DNA of 64,000 bases, from contig JADIIX010000005.1 in assembly GCA_027604505.1 (NCBI GenBank), forward strand, positions 186,001 through 250,000, given 5' to 3'. The notes beneath the pieces were generated by a model, which searched no databases, was not told where the DNA came from, and worked only from the letters and a program-made list of their open reading frames with translations. Both the position numbers and the translations under genes were made by a program. The stretch is from Gonapodya sp. JEL0774 (lineage: Eukaryota). Within the stretch, counting starts at the first letter, position 1, and the number at the start of each line of letters is the position of its first letter. Below, one piece after another: positions 48,526 to 61,228 of this stretch.

Positions 48526-51269
48526 ATGTCTCGACATCAATCTTTCGCCTCCCAGGGATCCTATTCTTCGACGTCTCCGTCGTTCCATAGAGCATCGTCG
48601 TTTCCGAGTCCCATGCATAATTCCACCGCCTCTCCCAGCTCTTACTCAAACTTGCCGAACCCATCAAATCAACCACCACTTCCGGCCTCGCTTGCCCGTA
48701 TCCCTTCTATGTCAAATTCACAGGCCATAAACACGTCCGCTTCCTCAAGTCCTAGGACTCCGGGAAGGCCTCCTCCGAGTGCAATCGGATCTTTCCCAGG
48801 TCATGAAACCATACATGACGCTCAGTTTGTCACAAAACCCTCCGCGTCTCTTTACTGTCCAATGTATGTAGCCGTTTTCTTTTGATGACCGCGCACTTCC
48901 TCCGAGTCCACACTGAGACGTCCCTTCTTCACTACCGTGCTTGAACCTAATTTCACCACACTTCCTTTGTTGTTCTACGGTTGACACTTGTTGCTGGTCA
49001 TCTTACATTCACGCCTTACCCTCAGTTGTCACGACCTTCTCAATGAACCCGTCATTACGTCGCAATGCAATCACTCATTCTGTGCTGTTTGTATACAACG
49101 AGCTCTTGAAAATGACTCCACTTGTCCGCTATGCCGCTGTAGAACTCGGAAAGAAGGTGAGCTCTCAGTGTTCCAACTGTTTCGAGCAGGACGGGCCTGG
49201 GATAATTTTGGGACCAGGAGCAATGCCAGGATTAGTTCAGAGAATCTTGGGATAGAATAGGGATTCCATTCGATGACACAGTCTTGTGACGGCTGCTGTG
49301 AACTGACTGTCGATAGAGTGAGTCGTGTGCGGACTGTCCCTACCATCAGGCTTTTGAGGAGGCGATTCAGGTGTTTTACTGTTTCAACCTTTTACTTATT
49401 CAATCCACACTAATCATGGTGACGTCATATCCGTCTCAAAGATCTCCACGCCAATCTCGCTCTAGCGGGACTCATTCTGGAGCTCCCGGTTTACTGCCCC
49501 CACCAGCGACTCGGCTGCCCTGATGTCATTCGTCTCGAGAACCTTCGGAACCATTCCGAGTCATGCGGTTTCCGACCGGCAGAGTGCGCTAATAAGAATT
49601 GGGGCTGCGAATTCAGAGGTGCGTTGAACTTCGTCTCAATGTGATTTCGTACTCCAGCAAATATCTGTTGCAGGCACGCTCTCTGAGGCGAGGGATCATC
49701 TGGGACAGTGCCCCTTCGAGAAAATAAAGCCTTATATTGAACGCTCTGAAAAACGGTTTAGTGAACTTGAGGCGCGGTTAGCCGAGCTCGAACGGGAACG
49801 CAGACTTTGGCTGGAATCAGGGAAAGGGACGAGTTCACCTGAGGCGGCGGTCTTGGATGCGAAAGCGGCAGGTAACGGGGGTACTTCATCTGGCTACTTG
49901 AATGGAGTCGTTACGGAAGACGAACGAGAGAGCCTTAGCGTACGTAGTTCCCAATGAACCCTAGACGCCTTCGGCGAACTTACTCGGCTCCTTCTATTTC
50001 ACGCATGTCACCAATAGATGTGGCCTCACGGTGACATACAATGTCGACGAACCAGTAAGGAGCTTCGTGTTGTAGTGTTGAACAACGTCCCAGCTTTCTC
50101 ACATGAGTGCTTGGAGAACAGTCTCGGACCACCGGGCAGGTGTCACCTCTCTCGCCTATACACCAGGTGTTCTCTATGCTGGTGCTTATGACGGGACGAC
50201 GAAAGTGTTTGACGCCGAGTCAGGTGCACTGATGCGATCATTCCGAGGTCACCACTTGTCGGTATGGGCATTGGCAGTCGAGCCCGGAGGTGGACGTCTG
50301 TTTTCTGCGGGGAGCGATGGTACCATTAAGGTGTGGGATATGTCCGGTGGTGATTCCGACGCTGACGATGGCTGGGAGGATGGTGTAGCAGCCGCGGTCA
50401 GCGCAGCTGGGATGGATGATGTCAGCAATGGGCAGGGTGGAGGCTGTTTAAGGACTTTGAGAGAGCACACTGGAAAGGTGTACAGTCTGATAACAATGGA
50501 AGATAGACTGTACAGTGCGAGTTCAGATAAGACGATCAAGGTGAGTGCTGTGTTTGAAGCTTTTTAATACACATCGCTTCTTTCTCATTCGCTTTATTTT
50601 GGGTAATGCAAAGGTGTGGGACTTGCACGACCTGAGCTGCATCGCAACATTAACTGGCCACACTGATGGAGTCAACTCACTAACCCCACTTGGTCGGGAC
50701 CGGATCGCATCTGCTGCTTCAGATAAAACCGTTCGCGTTTGGGACCTAGCACGATCTCAGACAATATACACACTGGAGGACAACGATTCCGAAATTCTAT
50801 CGGTGGCTTGGTCGGGCTCGTCGCAAGGTAACCCCAACGGAATGCTGTTTGCCAGCACCTACGATGCCAATATTGTTGCTTACGCGGGAGATCAAGGGTT
50901 CAGGAAGATTGGGACCATGCAAGGGCACAATTGGGAGGTCTGGCAATTGCAGTATACCATGGGAGTTCTCTTCAGTGGGAGTTTTGATCACACGATAAAC
51001 GTAAGTGACCAAATGCAGTCAGAGAATATGATGCTTCTTCATTTTTGTACTTTTATATTTGCACTTTTATACAGCGCTGGGACACCCGAATGTTCCAGTC
51101 GACACATACTCTACGTGGCCACAGGGGTTTCGTTCACGCGTTGGCATTGGGTAATGACAATTTAATATCCGGCTGTGCCGACCGGACTGTAAAAGTGAGT
51201 CGAATCTGTCGTATTGGGTGTTTTGGTTCGGTCAATCAAGGTGTCCCACCCTTCCAGATTTGGCGGTAG
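48526..51269 (+). CDS. TRAF7-like E3 ubiquitin ligase: RING, TRAF-type zinc finger, coiled coil, WD40 propeller
   Basis: FVTKPSASLYCP|CHDLLNEPVITSQCNHSFCAVC...CPLC (RING); ELPVYCPH...GC...H...CGFRPAEC...GCEFRG...HLGQCPFE; coiled coil KRFSELEARLAELERE; multiple WD repeats (GH...SASSDKTIKVWD). Confidence 0.85.
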
Positions 51270-51490
51270 CTCTGGATAGTACAAGAGAATTCTAATAAAA
51301 TAATTACGGTTTCCTCCCGAAAATGCGTGTTTACGTTGTGAGATAAGCTACCTCCTCATGGCCACAGTTGGTCCTTGAAAGTCAACTGACGATGAGAATT
51401 GTTTCTGATGTCGCCTAAACACGAGTGACGGGATTTAGTTAACAGCGATCCCCAGCTGCGATCAGGGACGTCGGCTTAAGGTTCCATCAC

Positions 51491-53007
51491 ATGGTTCTTC
51501 AGAAGGGATCCCAATCGTCAATGATGGCTCGAAAACGGTGTTATCGACAAGGATTTTTCGTAGTTATTGCGCTTCTAGTCTCACTTTTCTGGTTGTGGCC
51601 ATACTTTTTCGACAATCAGTACATCGCATCGCTTCATGCAAAAGAAATCGATCCGAAGGAGTTGGCAGCATGGGAAGAACCGAGGAAGAGTGTTACGCCA
51701 AAGACTTCGGCAGCGATTATTATCTTAGCGATGGACAAAGATGTGGATGATGTTGTTGAGACAATGAGCGTTTTTGAAAGGCGGTGAGTGGACTTGGAAT
51801 ATGTCGGTCAAACGTCTAAACGACAACTCAACTCGTTCAAACATGGGCTCGCCCCACTTCATCCTGAAATTGTTTCTATACACACTCTTAGTTTTCTTCA
51901 ACGGGTATCTAACAACTATGCTTGGATACTTTTTAACGATGGTCCGTTCTCAGCAGAGTTCAGGGCCATAACAACGGCTGCCGCACATCCCAATCGCGTC
52001 ATATACGCTGATAATCTGGCTGAGCCTACGGGTATCCTTCACAATTCCCGGCCGTCCAGCATAGAGCATCTTTATTGGGGAGTACCATCCTGGATCGACC
52101 AGCAAAAGATGACAAGGCTTTGGAAGAGTATGCCACAGGAGCGGACAAATAGGCTCTCCTACAGGCATATGTGCAGATTCCATTCAGGCCTTGTATACCG
52201 CCATCCCGCACTGCGAGAGTTCGACTTTGCAATGCGTCTTGACAGTGGAATGGTCATTCACTGCGATATTGATGATCGAGTTGATCCGTTCGCCGAAATG
52301 GCGAGGAACAACCTCGTGTATGCGTTTGGAATTTCGATGACTGATGGCATTGTAGGTTGTGTGTGATAAGCTTTGTGCTACCTCGAGGATGCAAATTTAT
52401 CCTGTCAAACATCCAGTGGTCAATTCCGACCCTGTGGTCAACCACCAAAGCCTTCATCAACCAGTGGAATCATCGGCATCCCAATGATCATATCCCGAGA
52501 GACAAACGCATGCTTGCATTTGTATCAGATGACAATGGGGAAACTTTCAACACTTGCCACTTCTGGGACAATTTTGAAGTCGTGCGTTTGGACTTCATGC
52601 GAAGCCCTGAAGTGCAAGCGTACTTTGAGTGGTTGGATCTGGCGGGTGGTTTCTTCTATGAGAGATGGGGAGACGGTACGTGCTCAGTCCTGTTTGCTTT
52701 CAGCATGTCGTGACGAAAGCGGTTTGACACGGAAACAGCACCCATTCACACCCTTTGTGTCGTTCTCTTCGCTAAACATTCCGAGGTCCGACGTCTCGAA
52801 GACATTGCATACACTCACCATCCGGAGACGCAATGTCCCCAGAATCTCGTAACGGTTAGTCTTGCATCAGGGATAACCATACCCCATCTAATCCTTTTAT
52901 CGTTACTCTCCGCGCAGTTTCAAAAAGGGAATTGTTCCTGCAATCCGAAAAAAAGCTTTAATAAATGGTGGACGTGTGGGCACCGATGGCAAAATGACTA
53001 TTCTTAG
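51491..53007 (+). CDS. GT15 (KRE2/MNT1/KTR) alpha-1,2-mannosyltransferase, type II membrane protein
   Basis: N-terminal TM; YAWILFND.PFS.EF; SYRHMCRFHSG; IPTLW; CHFWDNFEV; GGFFYERWGDAPIH; C-terminal CSCNP...C...*. Confidence 0.95.
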
Positions 53008-53031
53008 ACGGTGGTAGAAAAGTCACAGTGT

Positions 53032-54937
53032 ATGTCGTTCACAATTCCGATGCCGATTTCGCCTCTTGCCACACACTTCATTCCACTCATTGCTCTTCCA
53101 ATTGTGGCTGGAGCGCTGGCATATGCCGTGAGCGTGGCTCTGGATGAACTTCGAGATTCCTTTCGTCCCGACAAACAGCAAACCAAGCAGTTTCCAGATC
53201 TGACCTCTTTCCCGGCTCAGCCTAAGATTGTGGATGGAATTGAGGGCCTTGTTGGGAACACGCCTATGGTTCGAATAAGATCGTTATCGGAAGAAACGGG
53301 GTGTGAGATTCTAGCAAAGGCAGAGTGAGTCTCATCATCCGTAAGCTTACAAAAAAGCGCACAGCAGACATGTGAAAATCTGTGCCAAATTGAATGAATC
53401 GGTGGATCAAATGAATCAGAAGATCGATTCCTCGCGCTTCCAGCTATCATGGTGATGGACATACCGCGCTTCTGTGTGATTCCTCCTTCGGTGGAATTGA
53501 TACTGGTGCACCAGCGACACTGCACTGAGGAAGGAGAATCTCGTTTCTTTTTCTGATAGAAGCATCCGTGTTGATGGGGATTGCCCTCTCACCTCCCCGT
53601 TCTGCTCAAACTCTGAAACCCCCAAGATTTCTTAACCCGGTTGGCTCCTCCAAGGATCGTGTTGCACTTTCGATTCTTCTTCAAGCGGAGCGCGCTGGCG
53701 TCATTGCACCTCACACAGGCTGTGTCGTTTACGAGGGCACTGTCGGTTCCACAGGTATCTCACTGGCTGCCGTTTGCAAAGCGCGTGGGTATGGCTGCCA
53801 TATTGTTATGCCGGACGATCAAGCTAGGGAGAAGTATGAGGTTTTGGAGGCTCTAGGAGCTGTGGTGGAGAAGGTGGGAGAAGGCTCTGTTGGGTGCATC
53901 TGAAACAGAGTGGGCATTCGAAACTTCCCCTTTTTGCGCTCGCTTCTTCATACTACTTAAGGTGCGCCCTTCGTCTATCATCGACCCTAACCACTATGTT
54001 AATCTCGCTCGACGACGTGCCCTCGAGTTCACAGAGCAAAATCGCCACTCCTCGCTCCCCGTTCCCTTCAGCCCCCGGGGCCTCTTTGCCGACCAGTTCG
54101 ACAACCCCGCGAACCGTGCAGCTCATGTAGCCACCGCATCAGAGATTTGGTGGCAGACGGATGGGATGCTCGACGCATTCGTGATGGGAGCCGGGACGGG
54201 AGGTACTTTAGCAGGCGTTGCGATGTGGTTGAAAAATCGAAGCAATGGCAGTGTGAGGTTGGTTTGTGCGGATCCGCAGGTGGGTAAAAAGATAGAGTTT
54301 AAGCTCGAGTTTTGTAATTGCAATGCTACGAGGCCTTGCTACAACTGCGTTAGCCTTCCGGCGCATCAGAACCAACTTACAGCGCATCCACCACACCCTC
54401 TAGGGCTCATCAATACACAACCGGATCACTCATGGAGTCATGTTCTCTGAGACAGAGCGGGAGGGGCACCGAGGACGGCATCAGGTCGATTCGATCGTCG
54501 AAGGAATCGGCCTGAATCGTGTTACTGGGAATCTGGCCTCTGTTCTGGATGATGCTACCGATAATGATGAGTGGCAGTTGCCTGAGTGTAAAAGTGGGAA
54601 GTGGATAGACTGGAGTGAGAAGGTGACGGACGCCGAAGCGGCTTGGATGGGACGTTGGCTGGTGGAAAATGACGGACTGTGGGTGGGGTCTTCCAGTTGT
54701 GTGAATTTGGTTGCCGCAGTGCGGGTTGCGAGAAGACTGCGAAGAGAAATCGAAAATGACGGAAATGATCGGTGGACTAGTGGGAAGATCAGAGTTGTTA
54801 CGGTGCTGTGCGACTCGGGCTCGCGGGGCTTAAGCAGATTTTGGAACAAGAATGTGATCAAGAGGGATGTCGGAGAGGTGGGGATAGCCGCAACGAGCGG
54901 GAAGGAGAGATTAGGAGACTTCGTCGTGGGCTGGTGA
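53032..54937 (+). CDS. Cysteine synthase-family PLP enzyme with N-terminal membrane anchor (fungal mitochondrial-type cysteine synthase-like)
   Basis: [26 protein letters not shown] (PLP lysine), [35 protein letters not shown] and [10 protein letters not shown]. Confidence 0.92.
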
Positions 54938-55071
54938 AGGGTAGGTACATGCTTTTTCGAAATAAATAGATTTTACAATAGCCATTATTAGACTTTCGCT
55001 CTCTCGTTTTACTGACGTGGTGAGGGTGGTGGGGTGCATACATAGGGCTCCTTACATAGTCACCCGCTTTC

Positions 55072-58030
55072 ATGCCTATAAGCGAGTTGATGGTACCAGA
55101 CGTGTTGGACATGGACGGCACCGAGCGAATCCAGTTGGGAAGCGATTGGTGGTGGCGGCAAGGAGGACGTGGAGGAGAATATGACGGATTGGACGAAGAC
55201 GAAGAAGGCCACCGACCTTACAACTCATCCTCTCACCAACCTTCTCTCTCACGTGGAAATGGGACATTCTTCTTCCCGTCTGGACAATCACCGGTAGCCT
55301 CCCTCGCTTGGAGAGGTTTACTTGGTCTGTGTCTCCTGGCGATCACACTGGCTCTTACGGCCCATGCCGCACCACGCAAACTCCCATCAGTTTCTTCTGA
55401 TGCGGCTGTTGACCTTGTTGAGCTGCCGATTGCTCCAAACTCACCTGACGGTGCGATGGTTTCACCTGTAGTTCCCTCCAACACCGGGGACTTCGTCGTT
55501 TCGGACAGCAACGAGGAGGGCGAAGGTACACCGAAACCGCTCAAGAAGGGAAAGAAGAAGAAGCCAAAGCCTGCAAAACCCGCAAAACCTGACCCTGGAA
55601 ACCCCATTAAGCCACCTCCGGGACCCCCTTCGCTCAAAGATGCGTGGGCTCGAATTGAGAGGTGGAATCGGTTCCTTCCAGAAGCAGCACGCAGGAACAA
55701 GTACTGCGCAATGGCAGAGGGCCCGTTTAGGTTTCTAAGGGCGACGAACCACTTGTTCTGGGAAGATCTTGTTAACGACAAACGGAAAATGATCTATGGT
55801 GAGTCCATTGATGCTAAATTTGACCACAATAGTGGACCGACTGGATCAGTCAGAATTCTTGTGAGTCCCAAACTCACTCGCTCCGATGCTTCATTTTAAG
55901 GCGGAGAGCGAATGCACCGTGCGTGGCTCCAGGGCGATCTTCACCCCGAGAACTGGGGCACCTTCCACGACATCAACTCTGTTCTTGTTTATGGAGTAAA
56001 TGATTTCGACGACGCTATCATGGTGAGTCAGAAACTAGCGATTCTCTCAGACAAGATATTTTTCGGGAGTTCAAGGGAACCAGGGCATGCTTTGGCTGTC
56101 AATGATTTTTGCTCACAGTAGATGACCTGAGCGCGGTGGCGACCGCTGCAATGGTGTAGTTGCTGGATAAAGCAATGCAGCGTAGAGGAATGCATTCCTC
56201 CAACACCCTAGAACTTGACAGCGGCGGGCAGGAGCACTCCCCGATTGCTGAATGATCGGGATAATCCCCAACGCACACCCGTTCCTCCACTCCCTAGGAC
56301 GACTACCAAATCGATTTATGGAGGATGTCCACTGGCAGCATCCTCTGGGCGCAAACTCACTTCTCCGAGCTTCTTCCGACCTTGGACTCCATCCGTGACG
56401 CAATCGTCCTCCCTTTTGCAAAAGCATATCTCGATCGGCTCAGGGAGATTCGGAGCAGGGGGGGCGTGGTGATCAATGGGGAAGACGACATCACGCTGGC
56501 GACCGCGAAGGAACCGCTGCTGGAGTTCATGGAGAAGGTGAACGCGACGAAGACGAGGGAGAAGATGATTGAAAAGTGAGTGATATGAGTCATTGAGGAG
56601 GGAGTTACTGGTGATGTTCCCGTGAGACCGTATGTGGACGCTTATACTAGAGTTCATCGGTAAACATTTCAACTCTCTACCTCCTCAGATACTGCACCAA
56701 GGACGAAGAGGGCCGTCAAGTGTTCAATTTCAACGGTGCCTCTGACCAACTTCTTCCCATCACCACGGTCCGGTTGCGCGAACTGCTCACCGCGTACAGG
56801 GACACCTACTCGCGGAGCTTGCAGGGTGGGAAAGGTACTTTGCAATGGGACCCCGATGGATATTTCAGGGTGAAGGACGTGGCTCAGAGGGTGGGTTTTT
56901 GAGGGTGTTCGAATCGAGGGGCGGGAGAGGTGCGACACACGACTGATTTTGACCGGTGCCCTAGATTGACCAAGGTACCTCGTCCCTCGGCCAAGACCGG
57001 TACTACTTCCTCATCGAAGGGAAAACCGACTCGCTTGATGACGACCGAATACTAGACGTGAAACACCAGCGGGCACCGTGCGGGTTGATGTTTTGGTACT
57101 GGGATCGGAGGGAGGAAGTGAGTAGAGGGCGGTGTGGGACGGACCGATCCGTTTTGGTGGACGTGAAAAAATCTTTCTTTTTACGTAGTACGATGAAGTC
57201 TTTAACGACAACCACGCTCGGTGAGACCTGGCAGTAGTCATGCTCTTTGGGACTCGTGAGTCATCGTTGACTTATCTTGTGCTTTCTGGTCTTCTTCCTC
57301 TGCAGGGCGTTTGTCGAGGCGGGTCGGTCCATGACCAACGGTACCGACGCGCACCTTGGCTGGCTGGTTTTGTACGATGCGACCATGTTCTCCGTTTCGG
57401 ACCGTGAGTTGCGAAGACAGTCACTGGCGGATCTGCGCTACGAAGAATGTGATGAGCTTGATTTGGAAAGTAACGCGATGAACCTCTGCCCTGCGCATAG
57501 TGTCACCCTACAAGAAGGGTGTGAATCCGGCGAAGCTTGATAGCGTCAAGCTCATCACCTCTTTGGCGACGCAATGGGGTCTTGGGTTGGCTACAACGCA
57601 TGTGCGGTCGAACGGGAAGAACTTGCACGTCAGTGATGCAATCCAGGTATGTAGGGAAGATTTACGGGTGTGTTTGCCAAAGTTTAAATGAGGTGTTGTT
57701 GACCCTTAAACACCCTTGCTTTCGTGTCGGGCCTGCAACCATGCGTGAAAATATTATGGTTTCTATCCCTCTTATCAGAACCGTGCTCTCGACGCGATCG
57801 GCAAGGACGAGAAGGGCTTCTTGGATCTGGTTTGGGAGATTGCAGAGGAGTTTTACGAGCGAGTTTTGGAGGACTACCAAGATTTCAAACTACGACTTGG
57901 AGATGTTTGCAATACGTCTGGTGACTGGAGTGCGTGGGTGGAAAGCCAAAGGATGCGGGATGATATCGTGGTCGGCGAGGGTGTGGGGAGAACGTGGGCA
58001 GAGTTGACCCAGGATGGTTGTGGGCTTTAG
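55072..58030 (+). CDS. DUF2252-family (kinase-like fold) protein with hydrophobic N-terminal anchor, intron-containing
   Basis: KYCAMAEGPFRFLRATNHLFW, WLQGDLHPENWG, YGVNDFDDA, YQIDLWRM, FRVKDVAQR, GTSSLGQDRYYFLIEG and ILDVKHQ are the motif series of DUF2252. TM segment LLGLCLLAITLALTAHA and a Lys/Pro-rich stem precede the domain. Confidence 0.8.
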
Positions 58031-58524
58031 ATTGATGATCCACTTGGTCCATTGCGATTTTTTCCCCCATATAAATAGTTTCACTCTAATGTTTTTTCAA
58101 TCACGATAGTTTTTTGACTGAGGTGCGGCTGTGCGAAGTGCCAAGCATTTCACGGGCAGATCTCGCATGCCAAAAGGTGAAACGGAGCGATTCAAAAACC
58201 AGGATGGCGCAATCTACTCACGACAAAGAAAGAAAGGAAATTTGGTGCATTGGAACGACAGATTGCGGGATCTTTTCCTGTTCATTACGATACTATGCTA
58301 AGGGCGGCTGAGGCCACAGTCCTCTTACAGGGAGAGAGGGGAATCATTTGAACGGTTTGCATCGCCCTCTTCCTTCGTGCCATCGATCTTTTCCAACTCA
58401 AACGACACACGATATCAAAAATCCGCAATACCGCACTTTTTCAGTACCGACAAGCCAGAGACTGAGAATCAACGCACCGGGAAAGAGGTCGTGGACAGAC
58501 GTTTTTTGACTTTAAAACGCCGCA

Positions 58525-60526
58525 ATGAACATGCGTCGCGTGCTTCTCGCGGCAGTGGTCGTTGTTCTCGCTGCTGGATCTGCGCTCGGGCAGGTGACTG
58601 GCAGATTTTGAGTCGAGGGGTTCGCCCAGAACGACTGTTCTAACTCGAAGGACACGGTCAATTGCAGGATTCCACCTCGATTCTCTCCACTGATGCTTCA
58701 CCATCGTCGTCGGCTGCGTCTTTGTCCGCCACTGAAATCACCAGCGCAGCACCAGCGGCTCCCACATTCGTCAAAATCACCCCATCGTCCAACACACTCT
58801 CAAGGTCCAGCACCGCCTCCTCCCTCTCGTCCACCGCCTCCTCACTCTCCTCCATCACCTCCACCTCTTTCACCCTCTTATCCTCCTCACTCTCCTCTAC
58901 CATTTCTTCCACGACAAGGTCAAAAACAACGTCGACGTCAGCCCGTGTAACCACAAGCTCCACCACCCGCCGTACCGCTTCATCAAGCACCACAGCAAGC
59001 CCCACGGTAGCTCTATCCAGTCCAAGCTCCTCCGGCTCTAGTCTCTCACCCGCGGCCATTGGAGGGATCGGTGTCGGTGCCGCCGCGTTGATCGTAGGCG
59101 CCGCAGTGGGCATCGGTCTCGCAGTGCGGGGACGCCGTCGCAAATCCTACTCGGCCGTTCCCACCTCCCTCCGCCCAGGCGCCACAGGCCCCCCTCGACC
59201 GTTTAGTCCGCCCTACTCTCTGACCTCGGACAGATACACTCCCAGCCCTAGCACGTTCCAACTGCAATCACCCGCCTTGCGACCCTCGTTTGGACAGGGA
59301 TCGGACAGGTCCACACCAACTCCCACCGGTAACCGGCAATCTCCTTCCATACCACCCACAGTTCCACAAGGCGCTGGCGCGGACAGATACTCGTCCCCCA
59401 CTCCCACCGGTCATCGGCGAACACAATCACCTGCCACAGCACCAACCGCTCCTCAAGGCGCCGACAGGTATGCTTCCCCAACACCCAACGGCAATTATCA
59501 ATCCCAATCCGTAGCCCCCCCGAGCTACGGGACCGCACCTCCGAGCTACACGACCGTACCACCGACCCTCGGGCAGGGCGTGGCCGAACGGTATTCTTCC
59601 CCCACTCCGACTGCCGTTCGCCAATCCTCCACGATGGCTTCACAGCACCCGATGCCCACTCCTCAATTGAACTCCCCGTATTCCCCTCCTCCGCAGGCCG
59701 GAGGTGCCGCGTCGGCGTACCAGAGTGCCGGTGCTGGTGCCGGCGCGACGGGCGGTCCTTCCCGAGGAGCAGACGAGCAAACACAGGCGTACCAGCACGT
59801 GCAGAATGCGCCGCCTTCTTCGTCAAATACGCCCTACTCTCAACCTCCTTACAGCCCGCAAGGGTACTACCCTCCTCGACCGACAAACACCACCTATCCT
59901 CCTCAGCCGCCTCAGAACCCGCAAGCGTATGCACCGGAGGGCTACCAACCACCGCCCACATCCGCGCCCCGAGGGCCTCCGCCTGGACAGTACCCGCAAT
60001 CGCTTGCGTATCCAACCTCACTCAGAGGCTTCGTCGCACCAGGTGACCCAGCCCTGTACCAAGGGTCCGACAGCACAGCACTCTCGATCGGGGGAAGCGG
60101 ATACGGATACGTCGGCGCCACCGCACCCGCTCCGTCCACGGCTCTGTCGACCACATCGTCGGGGTACCCGTTGGCGCCCAGGACGAGTAGTAGGAAGTTG
60201 GGTGATGCGGTGTCTACAAGGAGTGGATCCCTGATGGAGTCCGGGGTCGTGGGGATCAAAACGGGGACGATTTATCGACAGGTAAGCTTTGTGGGCCATG
60301 CGTGGTAGCCAGCCTGGTCGGCCATCCTCACTGAAAACTTCACCCTCCCACACCACCACTCGACCATCGCCATCGTCAGTTCGAATCTCGAGCCCCTGAT
60401 GAGCTCACCGTGCGTGTCGGCGACGTGGTTGAAATCACCCGCGAGTTTGACGATGGGTGGGTCGAAGGGATACACGTCGCGTCACAGCGCGAGGGTGTGT
60501 TCCCCAGCGAATGTCTCGTACCCTGA
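58525..60526 (+). CDS. Single-pass cell-surface protein: signal peptide, Ser/Thr-rich ectodomain, TM, Pro/Tyr-rich tail, C-terminal SH3
   Basis: Signal MNMRRVLLAAVVVVLAAGSALGQ, intron, mucin-like S/T stretch, TM AIGGIGVGAAALIVGAAVGIGLAV followed by RGRRRK, and SH3 DELTVRVGDVVEITREFDDGWVEG...EGVFPSECL*. Confidence 0.9.
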
Positions 60527-61228
60527 ATGGGGTGGACTGTCTCGTTACCCTGGTCACTCCCTGTTTGTGCCTGGTAATGGCAGTAATTATCGGGCGGTAT
60601 TGAATGGGTATGATAAATTAGGACTTTGTTAGAACGCACCAACATATATTTGCATGTTCTATACGTAGCAATGTCAATACGACGCACTGAGAGCGCGTGC
60701 CGGGGGCGGTGGGATAATGTTTGCAGGAAACCAGAAAGACCTACTTGAGATCCTCGATACCTTTTACCATCAACGCTGGAATCACTACCCCGTACGATTT
60801 CGAAATGAGGCGGAATTCCAGTAAACTTGTGGTCTCAAAAGCACGTACTAGAAGATAGATCTGCAGCAACAGGCATGGGTCAACAACGCCAAACTCCCAG
60901 TAGACCCAAATACTTCATCTGCTTGACTAGGCATACAGAAGGAAGTGTCAGCATCATTTCATGACGTAGCAATGTAAAATCAGTGGTTTACTTCATTATC
61001 AAGTCATTATTTGTTGGCAGTCAAGTTTTTTTCTTCATTCACTCAGTGATCAGTCTGTCGTCATTAGTGGCGGAAAATCCTTTGTTTTCAGGGCCATCTG
61101 GAGAGCAGAACAGAAAGTTTATTCACATTATTTATAGTATATATGCGCCTGATAAAAGGACAGACAAACCACGAACCAAATAAGCCGACGGTGAACATGA
61201 TATCATATTCCGACTACTAGAGAATACT

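Noticed and set aside
60700..61200. Short coding-like fragments between the SH3 gene and the ankyrin pseudogene
   Set aside because: No sustained frame, transposase motif or terminal repeats were recognisable.
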